NCBI RefSeq assembly: GCF_000143415.4
Contig: NW_003314261.1
Location: 1,502,117 to 1,566,116, forward strand
Direction of reading: 5' to 3'
DNA length: 64,000 bases
Origin: Selaginella moellendorffii
Taxonomy: Eukaryota; Plantae; Lycopodiophyta
Shown in pieces: positions 37,160 to 47,890 of this stretch. A program made the translations under genes and the position numbers. Each line of letters begins with the position of its first letter. Positions within the stretch are counted from its first letter, which is position 1. Under the pieces are notes generated by a model, which had not been told where the DNA came from, did not search any database, and saw only the letters and a program-made list of their open reading frames with translations.

Positions 37160-38382
37160 ATGGAGCCCAAGAGCAGGATTCTGATCGTTGGAGCTACGGG
37201 ATACATCGGCAAGTACATCGCTACTGCTAGTATTCAATCGGGTCATCCAACTAGTATACTAGTTCGTCCACAGGTACTTTCAAGCTATCTATATTTCTTC
37301 TTTGATCTCTGGGGTGAGTTTCAGGTGTCAAAACATGTTGATAAAGTCCGGTTCCTGGTTGGGCTAAGAAAAGCCGGAGCAACGATTTACACCGTACTAG
37401 CTATCATCAGTTACTTGGTGTTGGTTCACTTACATTTCTGCTTTTTGGAAACCAGTGCTTTCTGGAAGACCGAGAGGATCTTGTGCGAATATTACAGCAA
37501 GTCGATGTTGTGATCTGCGCTCTTGGGGAAGATCAACTAAAGCTCCAGTACGATCTCATCAGAGCCGTGAAAGAAGCTGGAAACATCAAGGTGAAGTTTA
37601 CGGTTTTCAAGTGAATCCCGACTTACACAGTTGTCTTCTCCAGAAGTTCTACCCCTCCGAGTTTGGGATGGACGCGGATAGGATCTGCAAGGACCAGTCC
37701 ATTCCCGAGAGCCCCATGTATAGGGACAAGGTAGCTATCCGGAGAGCCATCGAAGCAGCAGGAATTCCTCATACGTTTTTCATGGCGAACTGTATCATGG
37801 GGCTCATGCTCGCCAGTTTCGTACAAATGGACGGTTTCCCGACTTTCACTCCACCCAGAGACAAGGTTTGCATTTACAAAGATGGAGATCACAAAGGTAC
37901 CAGTTTTGTTGTTTCTAGATCATGCATTTGTCTCTTTTTACTTTGGCGGATTCACAGTCATGTATATCTCCGAGGAGGACCTCGCAACTTACTTGCTCAA
38001 GTCGGTCGATGATCCCAGAACACTCAACAAGGCTCTTTACGTTCGCCCTCCCGGAAACGCCTTGACAATGAACGAGCAAGTAGCATTGTGGGAAGAAATG
38101 ACCGGCAGCACCCTTGAAAAGAGGTGGATGAGTGAGGAGGAGGTTCTTCTACACATCAACGGTGAGAGCTTTCATTTGCGAGGTCTACTGACGGGATTGT
38201 TTGGTTTTGCAGATGCTCAAACTCCATTGCAGCTCAGAGAGGTGTGGACGCGCATCTATCACGTTTTTTACAATGGAGCTATGTGCTTCGAGTTGGCTCC
38301 GGATGATATTGAAGCCACTGCTTTGTATCCTGAGGTAGAGTATACTTCTCCACAAGTATATCTCAAGCCTTATGTGTGCTGA
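37160..38382 (+). CDS. Isoflavone reductase-like PIP reductase, copy 3
   Basis: Essentially identical to copy 2. Confidence 0.9.
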
Positions 38383-39025
38383 TTCCTTGATCAACATCCT
38401 TGATCAACACGGAGATTCAACAATGAATACTAACTTGCTCCACGTATCAAGCAGAAACGTGCACGGCAATCTTGAAAATTTTCTGGAGGCAAACTCCATA
38501 AGTTCAATAATGTTAGTTTTCTTCTCTCAGGAATCCAAAGTGTTTGGTTACGAAGATCTTATTCACATTTTCACACTTGTTCCTGCACAACCAGCTAGAG
38601 GTCTCTTTTGTCACTAAAGTAGTGAGTGAAGGAGGTGTCATTGAGCAACTTTTCCTTGAGAGTTTTAGGCAGCAAGATGTGTACGTCGACACTGCTGCTT
38701 TGATCGATTGATCTGAGCTGGAAAAAGTGCTACAAACGATGGCAGACAACAGAATGCAAGGCTGAGCTAATACACCACCCCGCCACCCAAAATCATTGCC
38801 TGGAAACCTCGACAGAGCTGTGCTATAATGCATTGATGCCAGCATTGCCCTAGGAAAGTCCAGCTACATTCAAAGGTGGTTAGAGTTTGTGGTTTAAAAT
38901 TTAAAGGGCTAAGCATTAATTACCACCAAGGAAGCAATGCTCAAGAAAATTTACATTTAGAAAGTTTTAATCTTCATTTTACAAACTAAATTTGGCTAAT
39001 GGTTTTTTTTTTTTGCTTTTTTTTT

Positions 39026-39610
39026 TCAGTAAATCGCAAATTGTTGAGGGCATGAATAGCTTTGCTGTTGACCATATTGTGACTCAACTACAGTGTTAAT
39101 AAACTGTGATTGTCCTGGAAGTAAATGTGCACCAATCTTAGCTAACTCATCTGCAACCTGATTTTCAGCGATGTCGTAATGCCCCTTCACCTTACAAAAA
39201 TGAACTGGAACAAGTGATGTTCCTGCAAGCCAAACTATCGTCTGGATGATATCTGCATTTGGGTGGCGACCCAGGGCTATTGGATCTTGCACATACATCT
39301 CCAGCAGCGTCAAGGAGTCATAACTGTCGGTGTATACAAAGATTGGCTCCCACAATCCCCAGCGCCATTCCATCTCCAAGCAGATTTCGAGGGCTCGCAT
39401 CAAACCTAACAACTCAAACGTGATAATGGAGCTTGTATGTAAGTTGTCGTTTGCCCTTCTTCCACAAGCGAGTCGCATGGAAACTCTCGGGATAAACACT
39501 CCATAACCTCCGAAAACTCCGCGTTTGAAGGATCCGTCAGTAAAAGCCTGCAATCCATGATCGCTGGCTACCATTTCTCGCGTACGCACGACTTTGTCCA
39601 CCTCAAACAT
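39026..39610 (-). CDS. RNase HI-like protein, copy 5
   Basis: Open 194-aa ORF; G>E change in the GNQ motif; acidic catalytic residues intact. Confidence 0.83.
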   Translation of the reverse strand: MFEVDKVVRTREMVASDHGLQAFTDGSFKRGVFGGYGVFIPRVSMRLACGRRANDNLHTSSIITFELLGLMRALEICLEMEWRWGLWEPIFVYTDSYDSLTLLEMYVQDPIALGRHPNADIIQTIVWLAGTSLVPVHFCKVKGHYDIAENQVADELAKIGAHLLPGQSQFINTVVESQYGQQQSYSCPQQFAIY

Positions 39611-40086
39611 ATTTCACTTGTTGCTCTCTTCCTGTTCTGGAAAGTATACCTAACCCAAAAAGGCAATGGCATTTTATATAAGCTATGGAAATAATGCTTT
39701 AATTTGGAAATTCGAAGCGTCCCTGAGGACGAAGATGATGCACGATCCGATAGACCAACAGCTCTAGAAACCTGCCAATACGACTTAGAAACTTCATCCT
39801 TTCATCTGGATCGAGCCTGCAATCAGGAAAGCTGATCACACTATCGCTTGCTGTTTAGAACTTGAAGAAAAGTAAGAAGGAAAAAAGCAGCGTTAGCAGG
39901 AGAGATCAGCATGGCAGCCGGGGGCGGCGATCTTATATGGCAGTCGCTCCTCCCGTCGTTTTCCAACCGCCTCATCCGACGCATGCACGCGCTTACCGAT
40001 TTATATTCCACGGCTTACACCAAGCAACGCTGTGCTTTCCTGGAGAAAAACAAGGCCTTCACAAAACCAGAAAAAGATCTTGTCTC

Positions 40087-42005
40087 CCAAAGTTATGCCT
40101 GGCGTGTGCCATCCAGCCGAAATGCTTCACGTCAGCTCACCATCTAGGACGCGGCAGCTAGAAGCTGTCTACTTCTCGACCTCCATGAGTGTTGATTTAG
40201 TTCCTGCCAGACGGTGTTAAAACGATACAAGCTCGAGAGAAGGGCCCAACCAGGATTGATTTTTCATGCGTCTCGATTCGCCGTGCTACTTCCAGGCACA
40301 CAGGAGAACCTTGAAGTGGTTTTTGACCCCTGAGAAGCACAAACAATGTGTCTCTTCAAAGAAAAAGGAATGTGTTTTACAGCGTGTTTCCGCCAAGTTG
40401 ATCTTTAATTATCGTGTTCATTTCCGGGAATTGCGTCAATAGCTCAGTCTGCGGTTTGTGAAAAGTGATTCAGCACCACACCTCTTAGCACGCTCATTAC
40501 CTCGTCATACGGATTTTCAGGCACAGTGAAGCCATAATCAAGTGCAAGCTCTGCGTTTGAAAGATCACCATAGTTTATCCAAATCTGCGAAGCCGAATGA
40601 AACATGAAAACAAAACAAAGACCACTGCCTCTACCTGATCGTTTTCAGCATAGTCTCTGTCCGCTGTAACCTGCTTGTGGTACGGAAAGGAAAAAGAAAG
40701 AACTTCAGGCGTATCTTACAACTGCGTAGTTGAGAAGCCCGTTAAATGAGAGCTTCGCAAAGCTGGTTGCGTTGTGGTTGAAAAAATCGAGCATTGGTAT
40801 CTGCTAACGCCGCGTTATAATGTACACAAGGACGTAAACAGAATTAAAGGGAGACATACCATTACTAATGTCGAGTCCTCTCCAATGGCTAGTGAACGAG
40901 AAAAAACTGCAGCAAAGGAAGGACGAACAAAACTAGCAAGAAACAAGCTTGCTTCCTGTACCTGTGGCGTATACATGCTTCAAGTCTTCAAGAGACACTT
41001 TACCGAATAGTTGAGGCCAAACATCAAGTGCCTGCTCCAGTACACAGGTACAAAAATCCTTCAAGCATCAAAGTAAAAAATTTCCCCCTTGAATAAAACC
41101 ATTCGGAAAAGAAAAAAACAGTAAAAAAACTAAGTGAATGAAAGCTTGCAAAATAGAAAACTACCCGAAGTACTTACGTTTTGCACTTGGCCAAACTCAG
41201 TTGTTATCATTTCCAGCCGCTCACGAGCCTTGCCGTATAAAGGGCTCGCCCTCAAGTAACTTAGCTCGGTGTCCTCCCAACGAAACTACGCACTTGAAAA
41301 CTTTGAGAAACAAAAACTCGATAGTCCAGTACCCGTGTTGTCGAGCTCCGCTGGTTGAGGAAGACACGAGATGTATGGTGCCCATACTGACGAGAAAGAT
41401 TTAGCAAAGCGAAGACGAAAATGTTGAGAGTAAACTTGCCTGGCCTTTGTAGCGTTCCATGAGGACAATAAGAGCAAGTTTGGTCCACGGCTTAACAGTG
41501 CTGGGCAAAACCGTGCTGAGCTGGTCAGGAAGATCGCTAGGAGCTATCATCTGGACGTAAACAAGAACCAACATTATCCCCTGCGCCATAGACTCATCAA
41601 TGAATCAAAAGGAAAAAACTAAAAACCGATACTCGACCTGCCCGCCAGATTCTCGCGAAGTCCCAATGCGCACCGCCGATGGATCGCCATCATCGTTCCG
41701 GCTCGCGAGCCACGACATAAAACCTGCGTAGCCATTGCTCAGCTTCCGCGGCGCCTGGTTCTGGAATAATCAAGCCCAGAACTCGCGAAAGCGATCGATC
41801 GACAGTCGATCTGTCAGCGTACCTGAAGCGCCCAACAGCTCCTCGAGATCGATCCAGCCGCGCCGGGAAGAAGAAGAATCCTGGGCGGCCCACATTTCTC
41901 CTCTCCAAAACCAAAACATATGTATTGCCACGTCATGGGAAAGCGTCGCTGATGTGGCAGATTCTCGTGCTTGCCACGTATTGAGTGCCTGCCACGTGGC
42001 AATCG
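40087..42005 (-). pseudogene. Inverted SET pseudogene, copy 3
   Basis: As copies 1-2. Confidence 0.9.
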
Positions 42006-42996
42006 TATGAGCTACAAACCCCGTGATTAGCTCCACAACAAACACCCAACACTTCTACCGGAGTTTTGTCATGAAGAGCCTGTGGAAATTGTACCGGAAC
42101 TGGATCTAGTTGCTCATCCTTAAGTCCAGGAATTCCGAGCTGGTAGTTGCGATTCTTTCCCCACGTATATAGTTCCCCACACTCTGAAAGCATATGAGCA
42201 TTTCTTAAGGCTACTAACAAGTGATTGCTGCTGTCCAAGCTGGTCCACAAGCAATGTAAGGAAACTGGGGAAAAAAAACTGGGATGCAGCATGCTTCCGA
42301 GATGAGTTGACGTTGAACCATATGGTGTTGTTCTTGCCAAAGTCGGACCTCCTCACCACCTGTGAGTGGGCAAGAACGTACTTGTGTGGCTGCTGCTCTT
42401 GGCCGGAGAGTCGATCTCGATGTTACTGAGCCGCATCCACAACACAGAGCGCAGAGTCTTTGTGTTGAGCAGCATCAAACTGTTGGGGACGTGACTGCAC
42501 AACACCAGTTTCGTACAAATGGACGGTTTCCTGACTTTCACTCCACCCAGAGACAAGGTTTGCATTTACAAAGATGGAGATCACAAAAGTACCACTTTTG
42601 TTCATGCATTTGTCTCTTTTTACTTTGGCAGATTCACAGTCATGTATCTCTCCAGGAGGAGCTAGCTTGCTCAAGTGGGTCGATGATCCCAGAATGCTCA
42701 ACAAGGCTCTTTATGCTCGCTCGAAATGACTGGGAGCACGCTTGAAAAGAGGTGGATGAGCGAGGATGGATTTTTCTACACATCAATGGTGAGAGTTTTC
42801 ATTTGTGAGGTCTACTGATGGGATTGCTTGGTTTTGCAATCCTGTCAGTAGACTGGGCTAAGCATTAATTACCACCAAGGAACAAGCTTAATGTTGTTAC
42901 TTTAATGCTTAAGTAGATTAATATTTAGAAAGTTTTAATCTTCATTTTACAAACAAAATTTGGCTAATGGGTTTTTTCTTTTTTTTGCTATTTTTG

Positions 42997-43581
42997 TCAG
43001 TAAATCGCAAATTGTTGAGGGCGTGAATAGCTTTGCTGTTGACCATATTGTGACTCAACTACAGTGTTAATAAACTGTGATTGTCCTGGAAGTAAATGTG
43101 CACCAATCTTAGCTAACTCATCTGCAACCTGATTTCCAGCAATGTTGTAGTGCCCCTTCACCTTACAAAAATGAACTGGAACAAGTGATGTTCCTGCAAG
43201 CCAAACTATCGTCTGGATGATATCTGCATTTGGGTGGCAACCCAGGGCTATTGGATCTTGCACATACATCTCCAGCAGCGTCAAAGAGTTATAACTGTCC
43301 GTGTATACAAAGACTGGCTCCCACAATCCCCAGCGCCATTCCATCTCCAAACAGATTTCGAGTGCTCGCATCAAACCCAACAGCTCAAACATGATAGTGG
43401 AGCTTGTATGTAAGTTGTCATTTGCCCTTCTTCCACAAGCGAGTCGCATAGAAACTCTCGGGATAAACACTCTATAACCTCCGAAAACTCCGCGCTTGAA
43501 AGATCCATCAGTAAAAGCTTGCAATCCATGATCGCTAGCTACCATTTCCCGCATACGCACGACCTTGTCCACCTCAAACAT
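42997..43581 (-). CDS. RNase HI-like protein, copy 6
   Basis: Open 194-aa ORF with more missense changes (G>R, D>N, R>C); D-E-D-H-D retained. Confidence 0.8.
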   Translation of the reverse strand: MFEVDKVVRMREMVASDHGLQAFTDGSFKRGVFGGYRVFIPRVSMRLACGRRANDNLHTSSTIMFELLGLMRALEICLEMEWRWGLWEPVFVYTDSYNSLTLLEMYVQDPIALGCHPNADIIQTIVWLAGTSLVPVHFCKVKGHYNIAGNQVADELAKIGAHLLPGQSQFINTVVESQYGQQQSYSRPQQFAIY

Positions 43582-44056
43582 ATTTCACTTGCTCGCCTTT
43601 AATGCTCTCTTCCTGTTCTGGAAAGTATACCTAACCCAAAAAGGCAATGGCATTTTATATAAGCTATGGAAATAATGCTTTAATTTGGAAATTTGAAGCG
43701 TCGAAGATGATGCACAATCCAATAGACCAACAGCTCTAGAAACCTACCAATACGACTTAGAAACTTCATCCTTTCGTCTGGATTGAGCCTGCAATCAGGA
43801 AAGCTGATCATGCTATTGCTCGCTGTTTAGAACTTGAAGAAAAGCCAGAAGGAAAAAGCAGCGTTAGCAGGAGAGATCAGCATGGCAGCCGGGGGCGGCG
43901 ATCTTATACGGCACTCGCTCCTCCCGTCGTTTTCCAACCGCCTCATCCGACGCATGCACGCGCTTACCGATTTATATTCCACGGCTTACATCAAGCAACG
44001 CTGTGCTTTCCTGGAGAAAAACAAGGCCTTCACAAAACCAGAAAAAGATCTTGTCT

Positions 44057-45948
44057 CCCAAAGTTATGCCTGGCGTGTGCCATCCAGCCGAAATGCTTCA
44101 CGTCAGCTCACCATCTAGGACGCGGCAGCTAGAAGCTGTCTACTTCTCGACCTCCATGAGTGTTGATTTAGTTCCTGCCAGAAGGTGTTAAAACGATACA
44201 AGCTCGAGAGAAGGGCCCAACCAGGATTGATTTTTCATGCGTCTCGATTCGCCGTGCTACTTCCAGGCACACAGGAGAACCTTGAAGTGGTTTTTGACCC
44301 CTGAGAAGCACAAACAATGTGTCTCTTCAAAGAAAAAGGAATGTGTTTTACAGCGTGTTTCCGCCGAGTTGATCTTCAATTATCGTGTTCATTTCCGGGA
44401 ATTGCGTCAATAGATCAGTCTGCGGTTTGTGAAAAGTGATTCAGCACCACACCTCTTAGCACGCTCATTACCTACCTCGTCATACGGATTTTCAGTGAAG
44501 GCACAGTGAAGCCATAATCAAGTGCAAGCTCTGCGTTTGAAAGATCACCATAGTTTATCCAAATCTGCGAAGCCGAATGAAACATGAAAACAAAACAAAG
44601 ACCACTGCCTCTACCTGATCGTTTTCAGCATAGTCTCTGTCCTCTGTAACCTGCTTGTGGTACGGAAAAGAAAAAGAAAGAACTTCAGGCGTATCTTACA
44701 ACTGCGTAGTTGAGAAGCCCGTTAAATTAGAGCTTCGCAAAGCTGGTTGCGTTGTGGTTGAAAAAATCGAGCATTGGTATCTGCTAACGCCGCGTTATAA
44801 TGTACACAAGGACGTAAACAGAAATAAAGAGAGACATAGCATTACTAATGTCGAGTCCTCTCCAATGGCTAGTGAACGAGAAAAAACTGCAGCAAAGGCA
44901 GGACGAACAAAACTAGCAAGAAACAAGCTTGCTTCCTGTACCTGTGGCGTATACATGCTTCAAGTCTTCAAGAGACACTTTACCGAATAGTTGAGGCCAA
45001 ACATCAAGTGCCTGCTCCAGTACACAGGTACAAAAATCCTTCAAGCATCAAAGTAAAAAATTTCCCCCTTGAATAAAACCATTCGGAAAAGAAAAAAACA
45101 GTAAAAAAACTAAGTGAATGAAAGCTTGCAAAATAGAAAACTACCCGAAGTACTTACGTTTTGCACTTGGCCAAACTCAGTTGTTATCATTTCCAGCCGC
45201 TCACGAGCCTTGCCGTATAAAGGGCTCGCCCTCAAGTAACTTAGCTCGGTGTCCTCCCAACGAAACTACGCACTTGAAAACTTTGAGAAACAAAAACTCG
45301 ATAGTCCAGTACCCGTGTTGTCGAGCTCCGCTGGTTGAGGAAGACACGAGATGTATGGTGCCCATACTGACGAGAAAGATTTAGCAAAGCGAAGACGAAA
45401 ATGTTGAGAGTAAACTTGCCTGGCCTTTGTAGCGTTCCATGAGGACAATAAGAGCAAGTTTGGTCCACGGCTTAACAGTGCTGGGCAAAACCGTGCTGAG
45501 CTGGTCAGGAAGATCACCAGGAGCTATCATCTGGACGTAAACAAGAACCAACATTATCCCCTGCGCCATAGACTCATCAATGAATCAAAAGGAAAAAACT
45601 AAAACCGATACTCGACCTGCCTGCCAGATTCTCGCGAAGTCCCAATGCGCACCGCCGATGGATCGCCATCATCGTTCCGGCTCGCGAGCCACGACATAAA
45701 ACCTGCGTAGCCATTGCTCAGCTTCCGCTGCGCCTGGTTCTGGAATAATCACGCCCAGAACTCGCGAAAGCGATCGATCGACAGTCGATCTGTCAGCGTA
45801 CCTGAAGCGCCCAACACCTCCTCGAGATCGATCCAGCCGCGCCGGGAAGAAGAAGAATCCTTATGTATTGCCACGTCATGGGAAAGCGTCGCGGATGTGG
45901 CAGATTCTCGTGCTTGCCACGTATTGAGTGCCTGCCACGTGACAATCG
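44057..45948 (-). pseudogene. Inverted SET pseudogene, copy 4
   Basis: As above; the ATG region is additionally deleted (~45861). Confidence 0.9.
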
Positions 45949-46932
45949 TACGTGATTAGCTCCACAACAAACACGCAACACTTCTACCGGAGTTTTGTCA
46001 TGAAGAGCCTGTGGAAATTGTACCGGAACTGGATCTAGTTGCTCATCCTTAAGTCCAGGAATTCCGAGCTGGTAGTCGCGATTCTTTCCCCACGTATATA
46101 GTTCCCCACACTCTGAAAGCATATGAGCATTTCTTAAGGCTACTAACAAGTGATTGCTGCTGTCCAAGCTGGTCCACAAGCAATGTAAGGAAACTGGGGA
46201 AAAAAAACCGGGACTCAGCAAGCTTCTGAGATGAGTTGACGTTGAACCATATAGTGTCGTTCTTGCCAAAGTCGGACCTCCTCACCACCTGTGAGTGGGC
46301 GAGAACGTACTTGTGTGGCTGCTGCTCTCGGCCGGAGAGTCGATCTCGATGTTACTGAGCCGCATCCACAACACAGAGTGCAGAGTCTTTGTGTCGAGCA
46401 GCATCAAAGTGTTGGGGACGTGACTGCACAGCACCAGTTTCGTACAAATGGACGGTTTCCCGACTTTCACTCCACCCAGAGACAAGGTTTGCATTTACAA
46501 AGATGGAGATCACAAAAGTACCACTTTTTTTCATGCATTTCTCTCTTTTTACTTTGGGAGATTCACAGTCATGTATCTCTCCAGGAGGAGCTTACTTGCT
46601 CAAGTGGGTCGATGATCCCAGAACGCTCAACAAAGCTCTTTACGCTCGCTCGAAATGACCGGGAGCACGCTTGAAAAGAGGTGGATGAGCGAGGATGGAT
46701 TTTTCTACACATCAATGGTGAGAGTTTTCATTTGTGAGGTCTACTGATGGGATTGCTTGGTTTTGCAATCCCGTCAGTAGACTGGGCTAAGCATTCATTA
46801 CCACCAAGGAAGCAGTGAAAACAAGCTTAATGTTGTTACTTTAATGCTTAAGTAGATTAACATTTAGAAAGTTTTAATCTTCATTTTACAAACAAAATTT
46901 GGCTAATGGTTTTTTTTTTTTTTGCTATTTTT

Positions 46933-47046
46933 TCAGTAAATCACAAATTGTTGAGGGCATGAATAGCTTTGCTGTTGACCATATTGTGACTCAACTACAT
47001 TGTTAATAAACTGTGATTGTCCTGGAAGTAAATGTGCACCAATCTT
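46933..47046 (-). pseudogene. RNase H copy 7, 3' end only, truncated by retroelement sequence
   Basis: KIGAHLLPGQSQF...QFVIY*; similarity ends abruptly at 47046. Confidence 0.9.
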
Positions 47047-47890
47047 GAGATCCATGAATGCCCAATTACAGTCTATAAACAAGATGAAAATTGACATTGA
47101 TGACTTCAGCAATGCTTGCAATAGTGTAGTGGAATCAAAAAGATGATCCACAAAACGATTGAGATATTACATGTTTAAGAAGCATTGCACATTATTCATA
47201 TACTTCAGAGTAGGGAAATTTAGAACAGCCACAAGTTTGTCAAGGTAAACTTGCAAACCCTCATGAGAAATACAATACCCAAGATAAATTATGTCTTTGA
47301 ACCCAAACACACATTGCAACTGCTTTAACTTTAAACCAACTTCCCGTAGTTGATCTAGCACTTTATAAACATCATAGACGTGTTCCTCTCACATCCCCTT
47401 TGAGTGGATCAGGAAATCATTAATGAAGTCAACAATCACCTCCAACATATCGCAAAAAACCTTATCTATCATCTATTGAAAAGTTACTAGAGCATTATTC
47501 AAACCAAATTGCATCACCAAGAACTCATACAATTAAAATGATATACAAAAAGCAGTCTTAGGAATATCTTCTTTAGCTATCAGTATTTGCTAGTACCCAA
47601 AAGTAAGATCTAGCTTGATGAACCAATGACTTCTCCCTAGACGATCCAAGAGATCAGCTGTGTGAGGAAGAGGGTACATATTCAGGATCATCACTTCATT
47701 TAACAAATGATAGTCGATGTAAAAACAAATACTCTCATCAGTCTTCATCACAAGATGAGGTTCACATGCCTAAGGAATCTATGACTTTTGAATAACACCC
47801 TTTTCGAACATCTTCTTGACGTTTGCATATAAAATCTTGATCTCTTTGGGTGACTAACGATGAACAAGAACTTTGATTGGACAAACATCC
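47047..47890 (-). mobile_element. Decayed Ty3/gypsy reverse transcriptase fragment
   Basis: Minus-strand YPLPH..DLLDRL, KLDL..GY, EDIPKTAF, VMQFGLNNA, GLKLK..CVFG..IIYLGY..S..GL, with stops and frameshifts. Confidence 0.85.

Larger units (their letters stand above)
22068..47046. repeat. Higher-order tandem segmental array A-B-A-B-A-B-B' (AB period ~7.35 kb)
   Basis: Identical landmarks recur at 22068/29441/36786 (RCC1 exon), 22441/29815/37160 (IFR ATG), and at the RNase H stops 24295, 28289, 31669, 35638, 39026, 42997, 46933. Confidence 0.95.
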
